Below are positions 47,207 to 57,135 of a stretch of DNA of 64,000 nucleotides, in pieces. The translations under genes were made by a program, and so were the position numbers. The stretch is from Candidatus Cloacimonadales bacterium (GTDB lineage: Bacteria; Cloacimonadota; Cloacimonadia; Cloacimonadales; JAFGVF01). The number at the start of each line of letters is the position of its first letter. The first letter of the stretch is position 1. Under the pieces are notes generated by a model, which searched no databases, had not been told where the DNA came from, and saw nothing but the letters and a program-made list of their open reading frames with translations. The stretch covers positions 2,944,001-3,008,000 of the forward strand of contig OY759729.1 in the NCBI GenBank assembly GCA_963662585.1. Reading direction: 5' to 3'.

Positions 47207-48628
47207 ATGTTTCAGATAAACAATGCAATACTTCTAAGGCGAGATTTAAAAGTCAGAATAGCTGATATATTATTAAATAATAAAGAGTTAAGTGAATTAA
47301 ATAAATTACCTGTAATGATGACCCCAAAAGGCAGTCAAAGTAGTATTAGATGTTGTGTATATAAAGAGAGGGCTGTTACACGCAGTGCTGCCTTGGCCTG
47401 TTTTGGAGTAAGTTTCGCTGAAGATGATGAACTAAAGAGTATAAAGGAGTTTGCAGAAGAAAGGTTAGCCTCTCCTAGATTAGATGAAGAAGTTTTGACA
47501 GTTTTAAATGAAGGATGCTCTGCCTGTTCTAAGAATAGTTATTTTGTTACTAATGCTTGTCGAGGATGTGTGGCCAGGCCTTGTATGATGAATTGTCCTG
47601 CTAAAGCAATATCTTTCAAAAATGGTCATGCTGAGATAGATCCTGATTTATGTAAGAATTGTGGAAAGTGCCTTGAAGCTTGTCCATATCATGCCATAAC
47701 CTATATTCCTGTTCCTTGCCAAGAGCTATGTCCTGTAGATGCAATTTCTAAAGATGAAGATGGAATTGCTAAAATAGATTTTTCCAAGTGTATCTTGTGT
47801 GGAAAGTGTATGAATGCTTGTCCTTTTGGAGCTATTTTTGAGAAGTCCCAAATGCCCTTTGTTATTGATAAGCTTAAGCAGAAACAGCGAGTTGTGGCCA
47901 TGATTGCCCCTGCTATTGCTGGACAATTTACAGTTGAATATGGTAAAATTATTGCTGGTATATTAGCTTTAGGTTTTGCGGAAGTTGCTGAAGTTGCTTA
48001 TGGAGCTATTGAGACAGGGAAGAGAGAAACAGAGGAATGGCTAGAGTTTTCAGAAAAAAGAAAACCTGCTTTAACTTCTTCCTGCTGTCCAGCTTATGTT
48101 AATTATATAAAGAAACATCTAACTGAGAAATTAGACTATGTTTCTTCCACTTTATCACCAATGCAATACACTTCTCAAGAGATCAAGAAGAGAGATGCTA
48201 AGGCTATAACAGTATTTATCGGTCCTTGTGTCGCAAAGAAATCAGAAGCACTCTTAGATGAAAATACAGATTTCGTACTTTCCTTTGAAGAACTAGGAGC
48301 AATGTTAGCAGCTAAAGATATTCAATTAATTGAATTAGAAGCTAAAGAAGTTTCTTTATCTGGTGATTCTGCAGCAAGAAATTTTGCTGTGACTCAAGGT
48401 GTTTCTCAAGCTATCAAACTCAATATCCCAGCTGAGGCAGATTTTAAAGCTGAAATCATAAATGGAATAGATAAAAAAAGTATTTTCATGATTAAGGCCT
48501 TTATGAAGGGTCAGCTCCCAAGTAACTTTATGGAAGTAATGGCATGTGAGGGTGGCTGTATAGCAGGACCGAACTCTATTACTAATCCGAAGGTTGGCCT
48601 AGTTTTTCATAAAAAGTCTCTGTTATAG
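47207..48628 (+). CDS. Monomeric [FeFe]-hydrogenase with ferredoxin domains (HfsD-like)
   Basis: Multiple CxxCxxC...CP motifs; TSSCCPAY, GPCVAKKSE, EVMACEGGCIAGP. Confidence 0.92.
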   Translation: MFQINNAILLRRDLKVRIADILLNNKELSELNKLPVMMTPKGSQSSIRCCVYKERAVTRSAALACFGVSFAEDDELKSIKEFAEERLASPRLDEEVLTVLNEGCSACSKNSYFVTNACRGCVARPCMMNCPAKAISFKNGHAEIDPDLCKNCGKCLEACPYHAITYIPVPCQELCPVDAISKDEDGIAKIDFSKCILCGKCMNACPFGAIFEKSQMPFVIDKLKQKQRVVAMIAPAIAGQFTVEYGKIIAGILALGFAEVAEVAYGAIETGKRETEEWLEFSEKRKPALTSSCCPAYVNYIKKHLTEKLDYVSSTLSPMQYTSQEIKKRDAKAITVFIGPCVAKKSEALLDENTDFVLSFEELGAMLAAKDIQLIELEAKEVSLSGDSAARNFAVTQGVSQAIKLNIPAEADFKAEIINGIDKKSIFMIKAFMKGQLPSNFMEVMACEGGCIAGPNSITNPKVGLVFHKKSLL

Positions 48629-48768
48629 AGAGAGGGTAAAGCTTGTGAGAGAAATAAAAAATCTGTAAAAATATCGAGCTTAGAAAGCAAAAATAGGCTA
48701 TTTAAGATTTTTTTGTTGTTATCAAACAAAAAGCTACTATTATATTAGAAAATTGATCTGGAGGAGAT

Positions 48769-49080
48769 ATGTCTTTGATATCACTTACTAATGATAATTT
48801 CGAAGAATCGGTAAAAGAAGGCGTGAGTATAGTTGATTTTTGGGCTATTTGGTGTGGTCCTTGTCGTATTATGACACCAGTAGTTGAAGATATTGCTAAA
48901 GAGATGCCAACCGTTAATGTATACAAATTTAATGTCGATGACTATCCTGAACTAACTGCTAAATTTAAGATTATGAGTATTCCGACTATTCTAATTTTTA
49001 AAGATGGTGTTGAGGTAGATCAAACAGTTGGAGTTGTATCGAAAAGTGTTTTAGCAAATAAGATTAAGAATTTTTTATAA
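48769..49080 (+). CDS. trxA: Thioredoxin
   Basis: DFWAIWCGPC, SIPT. Confidence 0.95.
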   Translation: MSLISLTNDNFEESVKEGVSIVDFWAIWCGPCRIMTPVVEDIAKEMPTVNVYKFNVDDYPELTAKFKIMSIPTILIFKDGVEVDQTVGVVSKSVLANKIKNFL

Positions 49081-49092
49081 TTTTTTTTATAA

Positions 49093-49140
49093 GATGGTTG
49101 AATAGGGTAAAGGTAACTTTCTCTCTTCAACCATCATTTT
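49093..49140 (+). terminator. Hairpin after trxA
   Basis: GATGGTTGAA...TTCAACCATC followed by ATTTT. Confidence 0.5.
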
Positions 49141-49157
49141 AACTACAAGGTGGTATT

Positions 49158-49829
49158 TTGGTTAAGTATATGCTTTCCTTGCTATTGTTAAGTCTCAGTA
49201 CTTTAATTTTAGGAGCAGAGTTTGGTTTAATTGCAGGTGGGGGAATGTCTCAAGCTTATGGTTCTAAGGACCAAGCCGTTGGCTATGATATAGATATTAA
49301 GTTCTATCCTGTTTTAAGAGTTGGGGTTTTTGCAGAATATCCAATAACCCAAGAGCTAGCTTTAGTTCAAGAAATACTCTATTCCCAAAAAGGTTCAAAA
49401 CAGAGAATTAGGGTAGAAGATCAGCCTGTAAATTTTGATTTAAGGTATGATACTGATTACATTGAAGTACCTTTTCTTCTAAAATATAACCTCTTTAATA
49501 TTGCTCAAGTTCCAGTAAAGAGTTTAGTAGGTTTCTCCTTTTCATATCTACTTCAAGCAGAATATAATTTGGATGGGGTGGTTAATGTAGGGGAGAGCAC
49601 AGTAGCCTTGAAAGATTCATATCAAATGAAAGATTTAGATGAGTTTGATTACAGTTTACTCTATGGTTTTTCAGCAAATCTAAAAAAAATAGGAATTCCT
49701 GTTGACTTAGATTATCGTTTCTCATTAAGTTGGTATAAGATAAATTATCCAACTTTTGCAGGGCTTGATCCAGTCAGATTGAGTAATCATAGTCATATCT
49801 TGACCCTCAGTTATAAATTTTGGAAATAG
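49158..49829 (+). CDS. Outer-membrane beta-barrel (porin-family/PorT-like) protein
   Basis: Signal peptide, alternating beta-strand pattern, YSQKG, YIEVP, C-terminal aromatic LSYKFW. Confidence 0.7.
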   Translation: MVKYMLSLLLLSLSTLILGAEFGLIAGGGMSQAYGSKDQAVGYDIDIKFYPVLRVGVFAEYPITQELALVQEILYSQKGSKQRIRVEDQPVNFDLRYDTDYIEVPFLLKYNLFNIAQVPVKSLVGFSFSYLLQAEYNLDGVVNVGESTVALKDSYQMKDLDEFDYSLLYGFSANLKKIGIPVDLDYRFSLSWYKINYPTFAGLDPVRLSNHSHILTLSYKFWK

Positions 49830-49837
49830 GAGATTTT

Positions 49838-51340
49838 ATGAAAAATAATGCTTTAATAATTTTTTTGTTGCTAACTATTACCTTATTAGTGAGTTCACCA
49901 TTAATTGATAATCTAAGATTCAGTGCTCCAACAAGCGATAATCAAGTTATTGCCCAGGGCGAATTAAATTTCTTTTATGATATTTCATTCTACTATTTTG
50001 GTGAGGATGGTGTAGAATATCAAACTTTTGAACCTATTGAGGGTTCTGCTACTAGTCATCAAGTTGCTCTCCCAGCACCTGTTAACGGAGATGTTGAAAT
50101 TGGTATAAGAGCTTATAATGATGTTCTTTCTGAAACTGATGCCGGTGTCGCTATTCAAGCTATTTCTTGGGATGGAGAAAATGATCCTGAAGTTGCAGAC
50201 CTAAATTGGTTAAGTAATGACGCTACTGATGATACTACTATTGCTGAAACATTTTTAGATATTACTGCTACTCATTTTACTTATAGTGATGAGAAACTAT
50301 ATTTCTCAATGCAAAATAATGGTGGTGGTTTTCCAGTTTCTGAGGCTATTTGGGGACCATTCTACTCCTATATCTCTCTAATTATTCCTAGTGGTCTTGA
50401 TCTAGATCCTACTAATATAAACATCACTCCCTTTGGTATCTTATATACTGTTAATCAAGCAGGGATAATTCAACCAGGACTCTACAAAGTATCTGGTATG
50501 ACTATGAATGATATTGAGTTCGTAGCTCCAATTGAAAGTTCTATTGATGAAGCTAATAATCAACTTACTTTAAGCTGTAACTGGTCTGACCTCTATGCTC
50601 AAGAAGACTTTTTGGAATGGTTTGACCCTGAAAATCCACAGCTAACTACTGCATCTGGAACAGGAATGATTACTCTTGCAGGTGGAATGCAGGAAACAGA
50701 TTTTACCTACCCTTCAGCAATTTATTTAGACCCTTTAGTTTTAGAAGAGCAAGAAAATATTTTACCTGAAGTTACTAACATAAATCCTTATGAGAATGAT
50801 GGATATCTCTATTTCACTTATTATGATGAGAATGGTAATTTTCCTCTTACAGCCCAAGCTATCATTAATGACGGAGAAGAGATTTTAGACTTCTCTCCTC
50901 TATCTTATGACTTTTCAACTGAAGTTACCTTCCAAAGTAATGAAACCTCAGAACTTATTTCAACTGACTGGTCTTCTATCTTAGTTAAAGTATCTGATAA
51001 TAATATAAACTTTACAGAAGAGCTTCTTCTCCCTACTTCTAATGATAACTCTATAGAGGCTATTAGCTTAAATTCAATTCAAAATTACCCTAATCCCTTT
51101 AATCCTGAAACAAGAATATCTTTCACTTTAGATAAAGCAAGTCCTGTGAAGCTTAATATCTTTAACATTAAAGGACAAAAAGTTTTTACCTTATTAGATG
51201 AATATTCTACAGCCGGTAAGCACGAAGTGGTATGGAATGGCACAAATGATAAGAATGAGTCTCTTGCTTCAGGAATCTACTTCATTCAAATGCAAACAGA
51301 GGGACAAAGTGTTAATCACAAAATGGTGTTGATGAAATAA
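49838..51340 (+). CDS. Secreted acidic protein with C-terminal FlgD-Ig/T9SS-type sorting domain
   Basis: Signal peptide from ATG 49838 (GGAG RBS). C-terminus NYPNPFNPETRISF...IFNIKGQKV...WNG...ASGIYF...KMVLMK. Confidence 0.85.
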   Translation: MKNNALIIFLLLTITLLVSSPLIDNLRFSAPTSDNQVIAQGELNFFYDISFYYFGEDGVEYQTFEPIEGSATSHQVALPAPVNGDVEIGIRAYNDVLSETDAGVAIQAISWDGENDPEVADLNWLSNDATDDTTIAETFLDITATHFTYSDEKLYFSMQNNGGGFPVSEAIWGPFYSYISLIIPSGLDLDPTNINITPFGILYTVNQAGIIQPGLYKVSGMTMNDIEFVAPIESSIDEANNQLTLSCNWSDLYAQEDFLEWFDPENPQLTTASGTGMITLAGGMQETDFTYPSAIYLDPLVLEEQENILPEVTNINPYENDGYLYFTYYDENGNFPLTAQAIINDGEEILDFSPLSYDFSTEVTFQSNETSELISTDWSSILVKVSDNNINFTEELLLPTSNDNSIEAISLNSIQNYPNPFNPETRISFTLDKASPVKLNIFNIKGQKVFTLLDEYSTAGKHEVVWNGTNDKNESLASGIYFIQMQTEGQSVNHKMVLMK

Positions 51341-51345
51341 AACTA

Positions 51346-51480
51346 TGAACGCCAGTATCTTAACTGGGAGCGCCAGCATCTTGTTGGCACCTAACTGGGT
51401 ATGTGGGCTTTCTTGCAGGCATCTTTTACTGGGAGCGCCAGCATCTTGCTGGCTTCTTAACTGGGATGCCCGTTTTTCGT
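51346..51480. repeat. REP-like palindrome cluster
   Basis: Repeated ACTGGGAGCGCCAGCATCTTG(T/C)TGGC units, each a GCCA..TGGC hairpin. Confidence 0.65.
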
Positions 51481-51588
51481 TAATTCTTAACACCCCGACT
51501 TAGCAAATCTACAATCTTATCTTGACATAAAAACACTTTTAAAATATCCTAATAGAAATGTCAAAGAATGACTTGAGAGAGGATAATT

Positions 51589-54500
51589 ATGATATTAGAT
51601 TCCAGATATGAAGTTATAGAAGAGTTAGGTTCAGGAATATGGGCAACTGTATATAAGGTTAAGGATTTAAGAACAGATAAGCTATATGCTTTAAAATATT
51701 TTAATCAGCTTGATGCGAAAGAATTTTACAAAAAGCTACCAGCTAATAATATGCACCATTTGACCCAGATAAGTCACCCCAATTTAATTAACATAGTTGA
51801 TTTTGGAAATATTGGGAATAGTGTTTATGCTTTAAGTGAATACTATGATGGTCATCCTCTTAACAGATTCCCTGTGAATAGAGATAATTTAAATGAATTA
51901 TATAATATCGTTATCCAGATATGTTATGCTCTGCATGCTCTACATACTCACGGAATGATTCATAAAGATCTAAAACCTCATAATATTCTCTTTAGATTTA
52001 CAGGCTCAGGACCTCAAATCAAGGTCATGGACTATGGTTTCTCCAAGATAGACCTAGATGGTGATCCTCAGAAAGTAACAGGTTCTCTACCTTTTATCGC
52101 CCCAGAAGTATATCTAGGAAATGAACCAAGTCCAGAGAGTGATTTCTATGCTCTTGGGGTAACTCTTTATCGCTTAACAACAGGTGCTTTTCCTTTCTCT
52201 ATTAAGCAGATAATGGCTGTTATTCAGGGTAACAAAGACTACTTATTACCGAAACTACCAAGACAGGTAAATAGCGATATTCCTGAAGATTTAGAAAGAT
52301 TAATTATTAAATTATTAGAGAAAAATCCTGAGAATAGATTTCAAAGTGTTCCTGATATTATAGATTTTATAAATAAGACTCAGCTAAAAAAATATTCTTT
52401 CTCCTATCAGTGGTCAACAGTTAACTTCCTAAAATTTAACAGTTATTATGTGAATGAGAAAATTAGTGAAGATTTAACAAGATATCTTGTAGAAATGGAA
52501 AATAGCAATGGAAAGTTAGTTTCACTTGTTGGTGGTAAAGGCTTAGGGAAAGGCGATATATTAACCTTGTTTAAGTATCACATGTTAACAGGTAAATACT
52601 ATATTTTTGATTATGAGTGCAGTCCTGAACATAATGACCCCTTCTATGCTTTGACCAAAGAGTTTCACACTTCTGTAAGCAAAAATCGAGCTTCGTCACT
52701 TTTGGAAGATGATTTAAATAAAATATCAGACAAATTTAAAAAATATCTCTATGAATCAGAAGATGCAGCTAAGTTAACTAATTTTTCCAAAGACGATATG
52801 TTAGAAGATTTTACTTCACTGAAGAATTACTTAAAACATTTATCTGATGAGAAACCATTAGTCTTTATTATTCGCCATGCTGAGTTATTAGAAGATAATA
52901 GCATAGAATTTATAAACTTCTGTGCAGATGAAATTTCATCTTCTAGGATAATAATCACTTTATCCTTCAATAATTACAGGCAGGTTCAAAAAATAAATGG
53001 AGCAGTAATAGTAAAAGTTCCATTTTTAACTTTTGAAGAGTCTAAAAGTTATATTCTCAAGCTTGTTAAAAGTGATGTTCCCGAAGAAATGATAAGAAAG
53101 ATACACAAAAGGACTTGTGGTAATCCTCTTTTCATTCAGGAATTTTTAATAGAATTGGTTGAAAGAAAGAAGATATGGGATGAATCAGGCTTTAATTTTG
53201 AGTATAATATTGATCATGCATGTTTACCTGAATCAATCTTAAATTCAATCTATGTGCGAATGAGCAATTTATCTGAACAGAGCTATCTCTATTTAATGCA
53301 ATTAGCGATTGTTCAAACTCCTTTGAGTAAAGAGTTGATTCAATATTTCTTTAATATTAATGACCTTCAACATTATCATTTTACTACAGATGCTTTGAAC
53401 AATGAGATTTTAATTAAGTCTGGTGATTACTTTGTGTTCTCATTCCCTGAAGCTAAGAAGAGATTCATTCGTGAATGCTCAAAAGAAAAGTTAATTGAGT
53501 ATTCGGAACGCTTAATAAATTACTTCCAAGATATTGAGATAAATGACATTGAAATCTGTGAAGGGATAATAGAAAATGCTAAGATTGCTCATGATTTCAA
53601 TGCTATTAGAAAATTCAACCTACGCTTGTATAAGCTAAATGATCAACAGCATAATCAAGAAGCAGCTTTTGAAAATTTAATCAATGTTCTTAAGATAAAT
53701 ATAGCAGATTCAATAACCCATCTAGATAGAAATTTGATTGAAGATGCTTCTTTGATTAGTCAGAAATTAGATATTGTTGTTTCAGTAAGCAAGACAGAGC
53801 AATTAATTAGGATTTTGGATAATTATCCTCCAATCTTTGAGAAATACTTGATTCTAATAAAGATATATTATTTATTTGAAGATTTTGAAAAAGCTGTAAG
53901 TCTATTCTCTATAGCTGATTCTTTGATTAGAACTGCCAAACACTCTTTAGAATTAAAACTAATCACTACCAAAATCTATCAAAGATTAGGGAAACAGAAA
54001 AAAGTTAAGGATATCTTAGATAACATTGCCTTTCCTCATTTAGATAGAAAATACTATCTTCTTTTTAAAGATCGTGAGAGTGTTTTCTTCTTTAAGAATG
54101 GCAAGTTTATGGATGCTATTTCTATAGAAGAATCACTTATCGAAAAATTTCCAGCAACTCCTGATAATGAGATGATGATAATTATCGCCATAATTTATAA
54201 TAATTTAGGTACTTATTATTCTCAGATTAAGAGATTAGATGAAGCTCAACAATACTTCTCTAAGAGTATAGCTCTGTTTGAGAAATTCAATATTGAAAAG
54301 CAATTAGTTCTCATGTATAATAATTTAGGTGATTTATATCTAAAACAAGGACTTACCAATCAAGCTTATCAATTATTCAATAAGTCAGAAGAACTTTTAG
54401 AAAGGAATTTTAACTCCTCAACTGCTGTTCTAACCTATATTAACATTGCTGAAGCAAAAATTAAGTTTGGTGATTTTGAGGAAGCAATAGTTTATTTAAA

Positions 54501-57135
54501 GAGAGCAAAAGAGATTTCTGATAAGGTTGAAGGTATTAAGAGCGATCCAAGTATTAATAGAAACATGGCACTTGCCATGAGTAAAATATCTTCTTACAAA
54601 GAGTACACAGACTTCGTTTACTCCAATGACCCAGAATTGAAAGAGCTTAGATTCAATAATCTTGATCCTTTAGTAAAAACATACTTCTATTTCCTATATG
54701 AAATTTCTGCTTCTGAATCTTTAGAAAAGCTTATTTATAATAACTCACACATCAGTTATAGTAAGCTTAAGGAAGAGGAATTTTATTATAATACACTTAA
54801 TCTTTTAGCTATAACTAAACAGAATTATGAAGTAGCTTATCGCAATATAGAATTCGCCAAAGAGTATGCTCAAACCTCTAGGAATAAGTATGCTTATACA
54901 ATTTTTAGAGTCCGAGAAGTTGAGTGCTTATTGCATCTAGGTAAAACTGAAGAGGCTGAGGCAATATATCAAGAAGTGATTCCTATCTGTAAAGAGTATC
55001 ACTATAAGTATTGGGAAACACTACTGGAACTTCACAAATGTAAAATAGATCTCTTAAACCCTAAAGTTCATTTAAGGGTAGTCTTAAGATCACTAATCTC
55101 TCTCTCCAAAGTTTGTAATAAGAACAAGTATCTTTTAGTTGAGATAAAAGCTTTAGGACTAATTATTCAAGTGCTTTACCAATTCGAAGCAATTGATATT
55201 AACTCTGAATATGTAACAGCTTATAAAGATAAAATTGAGAAGTTAGTAGATTTTGATAATCTTGAAATGTATGAAGAGTTCTTAGCTAGGAAACAGTATT
55301 CTAGTAAAAAGATAAGCAGTTTTGTCTTTGAAAAAATAGCCCCTCGCGAACAGCTGACAAAGCTTACTTTGAATAGCAAAATAGCCGAGCTTCTGCAGAT
55401 AAAAGATATGAATAGAATTATCTTCTTCTTCGGAAAATTACTAGATGTCTTAGTTTCGCCTACTTCCTTCACTATAGCTATCTATAACCAGGATTTGATG
55501 AATTATGAGGAGTTCTCTTCTGAAAACTTTGATTTTGAAACTATTCAATCAAAGGAATATGTCGCTTTAATCAAAAGAGCATTCACACAGACTACTCCTA
55601 AGAGAATACCCAAGGGATCTAGCAAAGGATCAAGTAAAAACACAATCAAGAACTTTGTTGTTACCAAAAAAATCAATGATAACCATGTAGCTATTATTCC
55701 TTTGCAGATTGAGAAGAACAGAATCGGCTTTATTTTAGTTCAAGATAATGGTGATGTACCTTATACCAAAAGTGAAATTATAATCTTGAACAGTATTAGT
55801 CTTCAAGCTACTACTATCTTGTTAAGAGTGATTGACTTCATGGAAAATCATAAGAAGATGACTCTTATGACCCGTCTGATGACTGTAACAAATAAACTTA
55901 TCGGAACAAATAGTTTGGATAGATTAGAGTATGAAGTTGTTGCTGAAGGTATAAACTTCCTGAACGCTTCTCGTGGTTTCTTTATTCAAATTGAAGATTC
56001 AGGAAACTATAAATTCACCATAGCTCTTGATAACGATAATAATATTGTTAAGCAATATACTTCTTTAGATAACAATGCTTTGCTCAAAGTTCAGCAATTA
56101 AAAAAACCTCTTTATTCTAACAATGTTAGTGAAGACTCTTTTAAGAGAAGTAGAAAGAATGATAAGTATCTTTTACTTTCCTACTATTGTGCCCCAGTAA
56201 TCATAGATAATAAGATTTATGGAATTATCTATTTCGATAACTATCTTGATATTCAGAATCAATTATATGTTAATAAAGAGATTCTGAAGCTCTTCTTATT
56301 GCAAGTAAACACTAGTATCAAAAATGCTGTGAGTTATAATAATCTCTTCAAAAGGAATATTGAGCTAGTCAAGCTGGATTCCTTAAAAGATGACTTTATT
56401 AACATCGTCTCGCATGAACTCAACACACCTCTAACTAAGCTATCAACCTATGTTAGAAAACTTAAGAATAATCTTTCAGAAAATCCTACTAAAAGAGATG
56501 AGTTATTGAAAAATGTGGAGTCTAGTGTTTTTAAGTTAATCAATACTACCAATGATATTATTACCTTTAATAAATTTAGTATTACCAGTGGACTCAATCT
56601 TACAGAAATTGAAATTGATGAGTTGGTAAATCTCTGTGTGCAAGAGGCTACTCCTTTAGCAGAGAAGAGAAAGCTAACTCTAAAGACAGATATTGAAGAG
56701 AATATTCCTACAATATACGGAGACTGGGAATCAATCACTATAATGCTTAATCAAGTGATACTCAATGCTATCAGATTCACCAATGACTTCGGTGAGATTA
56801 GTGTTGGGGTGAGAAGATCATCATTCCAAAATGAGAGAATTAATAACCAAGAATCTGTAATTATTTATATCAAAGATAACGGTATAGGAATACCTGAGAA
56901 AGAGTTAGACAATGTATTTAAGAAATTCTATGAACTAAATGACATATATGCCCATAAATCAGGAACTATTGAATATAGATCTTCAGGTTTAGGACTAGGT
57001 CTTTCAACCTGTAAGCGAATTTCAGACCTCAATAAAGGTAGGATTTGGCTTCAGAGTAAAGAACATGAAGGGACCACTGTCTTTGTCTCTTTAGCAATCT
57101 ATAAAAAGAAGCAAGATGATAAAAATCTCTCCTGA
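51589..57135 (+). CDS. Hybrid Ser/Thr kinase - AAA/STAND - TPR - GAF - histidine kinase
   Basis: HKDLKPHN, DYG, APE; GGKGLGKG; GNPLF; YNNLG TPRs; GAF-like YCAPV...GIIYFDN; VSHELNTPL, NAIRFT, DNGIGI, GLGLGL. Confidence 0.9.
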   Translation: MILDSRYEVIEELGSGIWATVYKVKDLRTDKLYALKYFNQLDAKEFYKKLPANNMHHLTQISHPNLINIVDFGNIGNSVYALSEYYDGHPLNRFPVNRDNLNELYNIVIQICYALHALHTHGMIHKDLKPHNILFRFTGSGPQIKVMDYGFSKIDLDGDPQKVTGSLPFIAPEVYLGNEPSPESDFYALGVTLYRLTTGAFPFSIKQIMAVIQGNKDYLLPKLPRQVNSDIPEDLERLIIKLLEKNPENRFQSVPDIIDFINKTQLKKYSFSYQWSTVNFLKFNSYYVNEKISEDLTRYLVEMENSNGKLVSLVGGKGLGKGDILTLFKYHMLTGKYYIFDYECSPEHNDPFYALTKEFHTSVSKNRASSLLEDDLNKISDKFKKYLYESEDAAKLTNFSKDDMLEDFTSLKNYLKHLSDEKPLVFIIRHAELLEDNSIEFINFCADEISSSRIIITLSFNNYRQVQKINGAVIVKVPFLTFEESKSYILKLVKSDVPEEMIRKIHKRTCGNPLFIQEFLIELVERKKIWDESGFNFEYNIDHACLPESILNSIYVRMSNLSEQSYLYLMQLAIVQTPLSKELIQYFFNINDLQHYHFTTDALNNEILIKSGDYFVFSFPEAKKRFIRECSKEKLIEYSERLINYFQDIEINDIEICEGIIENAKIAHDFNAIRKFNLRLYKLNDQQHNQEAAFENLINVLKINIADSITHLDRNLIEDASLISQKLDIVVSVSKTEQLIRILDNYPPIFEKYLILIKIYYLFEDFEKAVSLFSIADSLIRTAKHSLELKLITTKIYQRLGKQKKVKDILDNIAFPHLDRKYYLLFKDRESVFFFKNGKFMDAISIEESLIEKFPATPDNEMMIIIAIIYNNLGTYYSQIKRLDEAQQYFSKSIALFEKFNIEKQLVLMYNNLGDLYLKQGLTNQAYQLFNKSEELLERNFNSSTAVLTYINIAEAKIKFGDFEEAIVYLKRAKEISDKVEGIKSDPSINRNMALAMSKISSYKEYTDFVYSNDPELKELRFNNLDPLVKTYFYFLYEISASESLEKLIYNNSHISYSKLKEEEFYYNTLNLLAITKQNYEVAYRNIEFAKEYAQTSRNKYAYTIFRVREVECLLHLGKTEEAEAIYQEVIPICKEYHYKYWETLLELHKCKIDLLNPKVHLRVVLRSLISLSKVCNKNKYLLVEIKALGLIIQVLYQFEAIDINSEYVTAYKDKIEKLVDFDNLEMYEEFLARKQYSSKKISSFVFEKIAPREQLTKLTLNSKIAELLQIKDMNRIIFFFGKLLDVLVSPTSFTIAIYNQDLMNYEEFSSENFDFETIQSKEYVALIKRAFTQTTPKRIPKGSSKGSSKNTIKNFVVTKKINDNHVAIIPLQIEKNRIGFILVQDNGDVPYTKSEIIILNSISLQATTILLRVIDFMENHKKMTLMTRLMTVTNKLIGTNSLDRLEYEVVAEGINFLNASRGFFIQIEDSGNYKFTIALDNDNNIVKQYTSLDNNALLKVQQLKKPLYSNNVSEDSFKRSRKNDKYLLLSYYCAPVIIDNKIYGIIYFDNYLDIQNQLYVNKEILKLFLLQVNTSIKNAVSYNNLFKRNIELVKLDSLKDDFINIVSHELNTPLTKLSTYVRKLKNNLSENPTKRDELLKNVESSVFKLINTTNDIITFNKFSITSGLNLTEIEIDELVNLCVQEATPLAEKRKLTLKTDIEENIPTIYGDWESITIMLNQVILNAIRFTNDFGEISVGVRRSSFQNERINNQESVIIYIKDNGIGIPEKELDNVFKKFYELNDIYAHKSGTIEYRSSGLGLGLSTCKRISDLNKGRIWLQSKEHEGTTVFVSLAIYKKKQDDKNLS

